This document shows, piece after piece, positions 57,103-64,000 of a DNA stretch of 64,000 nt; position 1 is the first letter of the stretch, and the number at the start of each line of letters is the position of its first letter. The DNA is from Alphaproteobacteria bacterium (lineage in GTDB: Bacteria > Pseudomonadota > Alphaproteobacteria > Rs-D84). The stretch is from positions 76,973 through 140,972 of the forward strand of contig JAFYXG010000012.1 in the NCBI GenBank assembly GCA_017546265.1, given 5' to 3'. Made by a program: the position numbers and the translations under genes. The notes under the pieces are model-generated. The model saw only the letters and a program-made list of their open reading frames with translations, was not told the DNA's origin and made no database searches.

Positions 57103-58884
57103 ATTCTGATTTTTGTTTTTGGGTAACAGACTTTGTACCGCCAATGGAAAATCAACAGCGTTCGATAAATATGACCCAGATACCAATATGTCGGCACCCG
57201 CCGCCCAACATAACTGGGCCGTTTGTTCATTTATTCCACCATCAACCGATATTTTGAATTGCAGTCCATATTTTCGCCGAGTCGCCGCAAGAATGGATAT
57301 CTTTTTCAGGGCAGATGTATCAAATTCTTGGCCAGCAGCACCGGGAATAACAGACATTACCATTACTTCGTCAATGTCACGCAAAATGTCTTTTAATAAC
57401 TGGACAGATGATTTTGGGTGCAAGGCAACACCCGCACGAATACCTGCAGAACGAACATTTTGAATCGCCGATATCAGACCAGATGTGTTGGTTGACATTA
57501 TTATTGTGTTTGCACCTGCTGCAATCGCATCTGACGCCCAGACAGTCGGACTTTCCGTCATTAGGTGTACATGCAAGTGGGCATTTGTTTGGGAACGAAT
57601 AAAGGCCAATTCTTCGATGCTGCCATGAATTTTTTCAACGTACAGACCGTCCATAATGTCAACATGTATCGCTGAGATGTTTCCAGAACGAAATAGACTG
57701 TATGTTTCAGGACGCCGCATGTCAAAACATAATGTGCTGGGCATAATCGGAATAACACAAGGAGTAACACGTTTGGGACGGTTAAACAGGCGTGTAAACC
57801 AACCCGTTCGTCGTGACCAACGATTGTGGCGGGCAATATAACTGTCGCAATGTGTTTGTTCCATTGACCATATATAATCTGATAAACAGCGTACAGTGGC
57901 ATCAGGTGATATGGTCGTGGTCATTACCGCAAATGCGTTTTCTATGAATTCACCAAGACCAGTCATTTGAGAGCCGCCACCACTTAATATTATCTTGGTG
58001 GGTTTGTATTTGGTAAACGATGACAGACATGAATCTTTTATCTGGGATATGATTTCAACCATAATAGGTAAAACAATTTCGTTTACATCGCTGCGTGAAA
58101 AACCATAGTCGCGGTCAGCAGGGACTAAATGATCCGTAGCACTGGGAGTCAGGGTGGATACTGTACGTTTTATCCTGTCTGCCGATTCTGCGTCCAGTCC
58201 CAATTTGTCGCACATGGCGTTCGTTATGGTTGTGCCACCAATCGGAATTTTGGTGTGCCAAACAGGACCACGATCTGTCCAAATAGATGCGCTGGTATAC
58301 TGGGCACCAAAATCTATGAACATCGTGGTTTGCTTTTGCTTTCGCAGTACCGCGTTGTGTACAAAATGAGGGTCAAAAAAACCGTCAGGTTGGATGTGGG
58401 CATTCCGTAATACCTGATGTACGCGGTTTAGCCCAGACTGGGTATAAAAAATTGAACCAAATGCAGATATCAACTGAAAATCTGTGTGACCAATTGGAGT
58501 CGGCATGTTACGTGATTGCGGACTGTCGTATCGCAGGGGGAATATATGCATCGGAAAATAACCATCAGGGGCGGTTATTTGAGATATTTGATTGCGAATG
58601 TCCGATTCTGTTATTTTGTGTTCGTTGTTCCAGACGCTGTTTTTCGCAGACATGTCAAAATATGATGGACCAAAGTTGCCCGTTATATAGGCTGAATCAA
58701 AATGTGCCCCCAATTGACGTTCCAGTTCGTCAATCACAGATTTTATCGCAAACGTTGTGTCAGGACTGTCAACCGTAAAAAAAGCAGACTGGTCCATGCG
58801 GGCATTTCGTATGCGATGTGCCAAACCACGAACACCATAAGTGCCTATGTCTAAACATAAAAAAGTTGAATCAAATAAATTCAT
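57100..58884 (-). CDS. fusion protein: FtsA-like actin-family cell-division ATPase (N-terminal ~370 aa) plus ribulose-phosphate 3-epimerase (C-terminal ~215 aa)
   Basis: N-terminal part: LDIGTYGVRG, FIDFGAQYTS, ILSGGGSQMTGL, and an amphipathic GWFTRLFNR. C-terminal part: IHVDIMDG, HVHLM, MSVIPGAAGQ, SVDGGI, which match Rpe catalytic motifs. It is a single uninterrupted ORF directly downstream of ftsQ. Confidence 0.8.
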   Translation of the reverse strand: MNLFDSTFLCLDIGTYGVRGLAHRIRNARMDQSAFFTVDSPDTTFAIKSVIDELERQLGAHFDSAYITGNFGPSYFDMSAKNSVWNNEHKITESDIRNQISQITAPDGYFPMHIFPLRYDSPQSRNMPTPIGHTDFQLISAFGSIFYTQSGLNRVHQVLRNAHIQPDGFFDPHFVHNAVLRKQKQTTMFIDFGAQYTSASIWTDRGPVWHTKIPIGGTTITNAMCDKLGLDAESADRIKRTVSTLTPSATDHLVPADRDYGFSRSDVNEIVLPIMVEIISQIKDSCLSSFTKYKPTKIILSGGGSQMTGLGEFIENAFAVMTTTISPDATVRCLSDYIWSMEQTHCDSYIARHNRWSRRTGWFTRLFNRPKRVTPCVIPIMPSTLCFDMRRPETYSLFRSGNISAIHVDIMDGLYVEKIHGSIEELAFIRSQTNAHLHVHLMTESPTVWASDAIAAGANTIIMSTNTSGLISAIQNVRSAGIRAGVALHPKSSVQLLKDILRDIDEVMVMSVIPGAAGQEFDTSALKKISILAATRRKYGLQFKISVDGGINEQTAQLCWAAGADILVSGSYLSNAVDFPLAVQSLLPKNKNQN

Positions 58885-58914
58885 GTGCGTTGTGTTCTGT
58901 GTGGTCTTGTACGT

Positions 58915-59595
58915 TTATTTTACCAATATGCGAGAATCATCACGCATGTCCAGTGTGGTGATATCTTTTGATAAAATATTGTGGTTTTGGTGCAATACCA
59001 TCAAAGTGTTTATCGCAGGTTCTGCAGAACCTTCGGGTAATAATATCGTGATGCCGTTCGTGGTATGTAAATTCCAACGGCGATTTTCAATCCATTCCAG
59101 ATAATCTATGTGCCCCAGTAAATTGTGGGCTGCGTTTGTAATGGATGATATGTCAGATGGCATAGGTCCGCGAAAAACTATGTGCCCAGGGGTACGAGTG
59201 TCTGTTGGTTTGTTTACAATTGTGCCGTCCGCAGACAGGGGAAAGTAATATTCTCCGTCCGTCCACAGGGCAACAGCACGATATAATGATACGCTAATCG
59301 ACAGATTCCCATTCGGTAAACGCCGTACAGACGATGTGCGTACCCCAGGAACGGTACCAATGCGATTGTTGATTTCCGTCAGGTCAATTTCATAGGTGTT
59401 TGTGCCAGGGGAAATTGCCGCCGCCGCCGCCAGGGCAGACATGTCTTTGTCGTTCATGTCGGCACTGATTGAAATGTTGCGTATGCGGGATATTTCTGTG
59501 TGACCAAGACCCGTCATCACAATGCGTACAGAAAAGTATATCGCCAGTATTATGGCAATAACAAAACACAACCAAAACCATATCGTACGTCTCAT
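58915..59595 (-). CDS. ftsQ: cell division protein FtsQ
   Basis: N-terminal TM segment, POTRA-like region (VPGVRTSSVRRLPNGNLSISVSLYRAVALW), ftsQ-ftsA order. Confidence 0.8.
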   Translation of the reverse strand: MRRTIWFWLCFVIAIILAIYFSVRIVMTGLGHTEISRIRNISISADMNDKDMSALAAAAAISPGTNTYEIDLTEINNRIGTVPGVRTSSVRRLPNGNLSISVSLYRAVALWTDGEYYFPLSADGTIVNKPTDTRTPGHIVFRGPMPSDISSITNAAHNLLGHIDYLEWIENRRWNLHTTNGITILLPEGSAEPAINTLMVLHQNHNILSKDITTLDMRDDSRILVK

Positions 59596-59656
59596 GTCAC
59601 TTATTATATCATATTTTTAGTATTTTTCATTATCCTGATTAAATTTTTTGCTGCAC

Positions 59657-59911
59657 TTATCGCAACGGAGGAAAGCAATCGCCACCTGTTTCAGGACAAC
59701 AGTTAAACCCCAGGTCGTACATGTCTGTATAAATTTCCCCAGGGCAACATCCGTTTTTGTCCGGTGCAATATTGTTATCGCACATGGGAATATCACTGGG
59801 TAACATATCGTTGCGGCCTGCGTGGGCCCATATACCCAATATAAATCCGGAAATAAATGCCAATATAACTGCTGTGCAGGTCTTGAAATTCTTGTTCATC
59901 TGTCTGTCCAT
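59657..59911 (-). CDS. small membrane-anchored/secreted protein with a C-terminal six-Cys ...GGDCFPPL domain (paralog B)
   Basis: TM/signal TAVILAFISGFILGIWA. C-terminus CDNNIAPDKNGCCPGEIYTDMYDLGFNCCPETGGDCFPPLR. Confidence 0.6.
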   Translation of the reverse strand: MDRQMNKNFKTCTAVILAFISGFILGIWAHAGRNDMLPSDIPMCDNNIAPDKNGCCPGEIYTDMYDLGFNCCPETGGDCFPPLR

Positions 59912-59918
59912 TTTGTTT

Positions 59919-60452
59919 TTAGTTTAATGGTGGAAAACAATCGCCACCGTCACGTGGACAACATGCAAATACTGTATTGCCCAGGTCTTTGAATAGTTCA
60001 TCTCCACAGCAACCAAATTTGTTTGGTTTGCTGCCGTCTGCACACAGGCCAGCATCCAGGTTGGCCAGTTCCTGTTCTGGTGTCAGTTCTGGAGTGGTGA
60101 TAATTGTTTCCGTTTCTGTGTCAGATTCTGCAACAATTTCTGTTTCAACTGCTTCTGTGTCCGCTGTTTCTGTGGTGTCGGTTTCTGTTTGATTTATCAC
60201 AATTCGAGATGATGCACTGCTGCGGCGAGAACCAGCAGTTGTGGTGCATGTGCGGCGATACTTGGATTTAAGTGCCGTCAGTTCGTCAATCGTTTCTGTG
60301 TCAGGTTCCGATATCGCAGATAATTCTGATATTTTGTTCTGGATTTCAGAGCAGGTCTGGCGTTCTGAAACTGTGTGCGTTGTCGTTTCGGTTTCCGCAA
60401 AGGCAAATGTGCACGCAAATATGCCAAATAATGTAATCAGTTTTTTCATCAT
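59919..60452 (-). CDS. secreted T/E-rich protein with a C-terminal six-Cys ...GGDCFPPL domain (paralog A)
   Basis: Signal peptide MMKKLITLFGIFACTFAFA, acidic TETxT low-complexity linker, C-terminus CADGSKPNKFGCCGDELFKDLGNTVFACCPRDGGDCFPPLN. Confidence 0.65.
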   Translation of the reverse strand: MMKKLITLFGIFACTFAFAETETTTHTVSERQTCSEIQNKISELSAISEPDTETIDELTALKSKYRRTCTTTAGSRRSSASSRIVINQTETDTTETADTEAVETEIVAESDTETETIITTPELTPEQELANLDAGLCADGSKPNKFGCCGDELFKDLGNTVFACCPRDGGDCFPPLN

Positions 60453-60471
60453 ATTTTATCCCCTTATAAAA

Positions 60472-61038
60472 TTATTGTTGTTCATTTATTATCTTTTCAA
60501 CCGCCAGGATAAAGTCTATGGTTGGTGTGGTCAGACGGCGAGCCATGTCAAAGACTTCTTCGGCGGCGGCCTGCATGTTCAGACGTTTATAGGTTTCAAT
60601 GACTTCCAATGTGTCGGGTTCGTTAAATTCATCGTTCGTCAATGCTCGGGCGATTTCCAGTTCTTGTTTCGCCATGGTCGCATAGGCTGCGGAATTTTCA
60701 GGACAACCACGTTCAGACAAATTTGCATAAATTTGGGCTCGTATAATTCTGTCATCTGCACTGCCATCGGCAGGTGGTAATTGTTCGGTTAATAATTCCT
60801 GGATAATATCGCAGGTGGGGCGATTGGGGACTGATACTGTTGGTGTTGAAGCAGAAACTGATGCTTCTGTGTTTTCAGTCGGTGTTGGTGCAGAATTTGT
60901 TTTGCTGCGGTACGAGTTTATGTCCCAGCCAACCATTACACCACATATAAATAAGGCCGTTAATGCCATGATACCCCAAAAACGCTGGGCAGGGGTATGG
61001 GTGATGGTATAGGTTTTCTTTGATGTCGGCTTTTTCAT
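60472..61038 (-). CDS. membrane-anchored hypothetical protein
   Basis: 188 aa. N-terminal TM segment (FWGIMALTALFICGVMVGW), T/S/P linker, helical C-terminal domain. Confidence 0.55.
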   Translation of the reverse strand: MKKPTSKKTYTITHTPAQRFWGIMALTALFICGVMVGWDINSYRSKTNSAPTPTENTEASVSASTPTVSVPNRPTCDIIQELLTEQLPPADGSADDRIIRAQIYANLSERGCPENSAAYATMAKQELEIARALTNDEFNEPDTLEVIETYKRLNMQAAAEEVFDMARRLTTPTIDFILAVEKIINEQQ

Positions 61039-61069
61039 TTTCTCTCTCCGTTATTTATTTTGCGGTTTG

Positions 61070-61786
61070 TTATATGGATTCTATGATTCCATTGTTTATT
61101 GTTATACGTCTGTCGGCACGTGATGCCAGGTTCATGTCATGCGTCACAAATAACATAGACATTTTATTTTTGCGGACTAAATTCAGTAATAATTCAAAGA
61201 CTTCGTTTGCATGATGTGGGTCCAGGTTGCCAGTTGGCTCGTCCGCTAATAAAATGTCGGGAGTGTTTGATAATGCACGAGCAACGGCTGTACGCTGCTG
61301 TTCGCCACCTGACATTTGACCAGGAAGATGGTGCACACGGTGTGCAACATTGGCAGAACGTAATAATTTAATTGCACGTGATGTTGCTGTGTCCTCGGAT
61401 GTGCCGTTCGCTAGCATTGGTAAAACTACGTTTTCTAAAGCAGTAAAATCAGACAGAAGATTATGTTTTTGATAAACAAATCCTATCTTGGTACGGCGAA
61501 TCTTGGTTCGCATGTCTTCGTCCATTTTGTGAACAGCACTGCCGCCAATTAAAATGCTGCCCGATGTGGGACGGTCTAATAAACCTACACACTGTAACAG
61601 GGTCGATTTGCCACAGCCAGATTGACCAACCAGGGCAATAATTTCTCCTCGATGCAGGTCAAATCCTCCCCCGCGTAAAATGTGCAGAGGTTGACCGCCT
61701 TCGATAAAGGTCTTTTTAATGTCGCGTACAGACATTACTGTGTCGCCAGTCGGAATTTTTGATAATGAATTTAATATCGCTGTCAT
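61070..61786 (-). CDS. lolD: lipoprotein-releasing ABC transporter ATP-binding protein LolD
   Basis: GQSGCGKST, MSGGEQQRTAVARAL, LLADEPTGNLD. Immediately downstream of the LolC/E permease gene. Confidence 0.85.
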   Translation of the reverse strand: MTAILNSLSKIPTGDTVMSVRDIKKTFIEGGQPLHILRGGGFDLHRGEIIALVGQSGCGKSTLLQCVGLLDRPTSGSILIGGSAVHKMDEDMRTKIRRTKIGFVYQKHNLLSDFTALENVVLPMLANGTSEDTATSRAIKLLRSANVAHRVHHLPGQMSGGEQQRTAVARALSNTPDILLADEPTGNLDPHHANEVFELLLNLVRKNKMSMLFVTHDMNLASRADRRITINNGIIESI

Positions 61787-61787
61787 T

Positions 61788-63041
61788 TTATTCGTTCCTT
61801 AAAACTTCTACTGGGTCGGTGTTAGATGCCTTCCATGCGGGGTACAGTGTCGCTAAAAATGCCAATAATACCGCAATCAAAGCAATACCAAGCACATCTG
61901 TCCATACCAGTTTAGATGGTAATTCAGATAAATAATATAATTCCGCAGGAAATAAATCGCGACCGGTGATAAGTTGGAAAAATTGACGTATGGGCTCGAT
62001 ATATATCGCAACTAAGACGCCTAGTATTGTACCAAAAAAGGCACCAATTATGCCAATGGATGTACCAGACAGGATAAATATCTTTAACATGGATTTGCGG
62101 GATACTCCAAATGTTCGCAGTACCGCGATGTCTTTGTTTTTGTCTTTGACCAGCATGACCAATGAAGATACTATGTTAAAGGCCGCTACAATTACTATTA
62201 ACAACAGAATTAAAAACATTACGTTTGATTCAACCTGAAGTGCACCTACAAAACCACGATTTAAATCACGCCAATCACGAACCACAAATCCGTCCGGTAA
62301 CAGTGTTGTCAGAGCATTCACAACCGATGTGGTATCTTCGGGATTTGATAAAAATACGTCTATGTGCGTAACACTGGGGCCAATGTTCAAATATTTCTGT
62401 GCGGTTTCTAATGGCATGAATATATAGCCTGAATCATATTCGTACATGCCCATGAAAAATGATGACATCACAGGAAAGGACATTATGCGGGGCATAGAAC
62501 CAAATGGTGTCGGCGTTGAGGTATTGGCAGATACCAGGGAAATGTTGTCGCCCATGCCAACACGCAAGGCTCGCGTTAGCGATGCACCAGCGACCAGTTC
62601 GCCGTCTGTTATGCCAGATAAAGGTTTGCCATAAATGCGGGTGCCAGATTCTGTTTTGCTGGCCAAATCGGACATGCGGATGCCGCGTATCATGGCTCCT
62701 GTGTTGTTGCCGTTGGCAGTGGCCATAACCTGGCCTTCGGCAATGGGGACGATGGAGGTCGCATGAGTGGATACAATACGGTTCTGTTTTATTTTGTCTA
62801 TCAAAAAATCAAAGTCAGATATTGCACCGTCTTGGTGATAAATAACAACGTGACCGTTCATGCCAATAATGCGACCCAACAGGGTGTCGTGAAAGCCACC
62901 CATTACTGACATTACTACAATTAAGGTCGCAACCCCCAGCATAATTCCAATCAGTGATACCCATGATATGACAGAACCAAAACCACGCTTTTTCGCGCCC
63001 AGGTATCTGAATGCTATCTTTCGTTCCAGTCTTGAAAACAT
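61788..63041 (-). CDS. lolC: lipoprotein-releasing system permease, LolC/LolE family
   Basis: RKIAFRYLGAKKR...SLIGIMLGVATLIVVMSVMGGF, MacB-type periplasmic domain, C-terminal FtsX-like TM segments. Confidence 0.85.
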   Translation of the reverse strand: MFSRLERKIAFRYLGAKKRGFGSVISWVSLIGIMLGVATLIVVMSVMGGFHDTLLGRIIGMNGHVVIYHQDGAISDFDFLIDKIKQNRIVSTHATSIVPIAEGQVMATANGNNTGAMIRGIRMSDLASKTESGTRIYGKPLSGITDGELVAGASLTRALRVGMGDNISLVSANTSTPTPFGSMPRIMSFPVMSSFFMGMYEYDSGYIFMPLETAQKYLNIGPSVTHIDVFLSNPEDTTSVVNALTTLLPDGFVVRDWRDLNRGFVGALQVESNVMFLILLLIVIVAAFNIVSSLVMLVKDKNKDIAVLRTFGVSRKSMLKIFILSGTSIGIIGAFFGTILGVLVAIYIEPIRQFFQLITGRDLFPAELYYLSELPSKLVWTDVLGIALIAVLLAFLATLYPAWKASNTDPVEVLRNE

Positions 63042-63064
63042 ATTTCAACCTTTATTGTTTTGTC

Positions 63065-64000
63065 TTAGTCCTGTAAAAAATCACGCAGCGCGTCACCAAT
63101 CAGTTCGTTCGCACCACCAAATTTACCAGAGTCTGAATCTACAACGGATATTACACGTGGTGACATAAATACAACCAGTTCTGCGTATGGGCTGACCAAT
63201 GTTTCAGGAGTGGTCACAAACGAGTGGGTCGGTATCCCAATTATTACATAGTTGTCGCCAACACTGGATGGAATGCTAAATGATGATAATTCACCACCAG
63301 ATGTTCGCAGAACAATTTTTGCATCTATCTTTTTGCGACCCGCAAAGTCGCCATACGTACCGGTTGCACCAATAATCAAATCTGTTTCCAGACGTTCTTC
63401 GCGACTGCACTGACCAATGTCAAAGCGGGATTGCCAGCCATTTGGAATCGCAAATGTGCCCTGGGATATTAAAACTACGTTTGCCTGGGTTGCCATGAAT
63501 TCCTGTAATGTTTTGGTGTTTATTTCAGGGGCAACGACCAGAGCTCGACCAACAACACCAGGAATCGACATTTTGACATTTTTTTCACCAAAGGCAGGTA
63601 ATAAATTCATCCAAACAATGGGATTGTCTGTGCGGGGATATACACGATAGACGTCTATGTCCCAGGCCAACATATATTTTTTTGCTGATATGTCGGCAAT
63701 TATCTTTGCGACCTCGCGTTCGGTTTGATAGTTGCCTTCGAATATAACGGTTTTGTCGTTCCAATCAACCAACAGATTTCGCATGTCTGCACCATGCATA
63801 GCATCCAACAATGCCATGATAATAGTTTCGTTTTGAGGCATCTTTATCAGCCATTTCGCACGGTGAGTTAAATGAAGTTCCCCATTTGTTGCATCGTATG
63901 AATAATATGCACGCCCCATCTTCGTCATCAGTTGTATCGCATCAGATAATGAACCAGATGATATCGTCCCAGATATTTTTTCATATAAAGGTTCGTCTTC
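63065..64000 (-). CDS. secretin-family outer-membrane channel (GspD / R64 PilN-like), N-terminus beyond the window
   Basis: The frame stays open to nt 64000. C-terminal secretin-like pattern: KIDAKIVLRTSGGELSSFSIPSSVGDNYVIIGI...ELVVFMSPRVIS. Confidence 0.55.
   Translation of the reverse strand, partial: EDEPLYEKISGTISSGSLSDAIQLMTKMGRAYYSYDATNGELHLTHRAKWLIKMPQNETIIMALLDAMHGADMRNLLVDWNDKTVIFEGNYQTEREVAKIIADISAKKYMLAWDIDVYRVYPRTDNPIVWMNLLPAFGEKNVKMSIPGVVGRALVVAPEINTKTLQEFMATQANVVLISQGTFAIPNGWQSRFDIGQCSREERLETDLIIGATGTYGDFAGRKKIDAKIVLRTSGGELSSFSIPSSVGDNYVIIGIPTHSFVTTPETLVSPYAELVVFMSPRVISVVDSDSGKFGGANELIGDALRDFLQD

Noticed and set aside
60080-60200. Short GTTTCTGT/GTTTCNG reiterations that look like a repeat array.
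   Set aside because: They are the coding sequence (minus strand) of the Thr/Glu-rich low-complexity linker of the 177-aa secreted protein. The spacing is irregular, there is no repeat-spacer structure, and it is not a CRISPR array.

Overview
This is a gene-dense, moderately AT-rich chromosomal segment. By gene content and protein signatures it looks like a reduced alphaproteobacterial genome, possibly Rickettsiales- or Holosporales-like and host-associated. That taxonomic placement is inference only, since no search could be run. Most of the window is housekeeping: fabG-mnmG; rpmI-rplT-pheS-pheT; a tightly packed mreC-mreD-mrdA-rodA-topA-dnaG string; ychF; rpmJ; rfbC; a DUF374-like gene with lpxK and lpxC; xth; an acyl-CoA synthetase; gyrB; ung; recF-sspB; a tolC-like/macA-like pair; nth; type-2 ileS; aspS; an AsmA-like gene; uvrB; tsaE; ftsQ-ftsA; and lolD with a lolC/E gene. 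There are five tRNAs (Thr-CGU, initiator Met, Met/Ile2-CAU, Thr-GGU, Cys-GCA). I found no rRNA, CRISPR array, transposase or integrase. Items worth a second look:
- A 10-codon leader ORF with four consecutive Ile codons plus a terminator hairpin in the ileS leader, which looks like a ribosome-mediated attenuator.
- A continuous FtsA-Rpe (ribulose-phosphate 3-epimerase) fusion ORF.
- Two tandem secreted paralogs sharing a C-terminal six-cysteine ...GGDCFPPL domain upstream of ftsQ.
- A type IVb-pilus-like assembly module (PilO/BfpC-like, PilP-like, GspE-family ATPase, GspF-family platform) with no pilin or peptidase nearby. A secretin gene lies 34 kb away, next to the lol genes.
- An orphan virB3-virB4 pair preceded by a cluster of TGTTGAAA repeats.
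- A shared TATAAT-N6/7-GAATATTCAG-purine-tract leader in front of both the pilus-like operon and the tolC/macA-like operon.
- A tRNA-Met whose last 20 nt are duplicated 153 bp downstream, next to a small islet of orphan genes bounded by a second tRNA.
All calls come from reading the ORF track and sequence by eye. Small-feature coordinates may be off by 1-2 nt, and start codons are often ambiguous.
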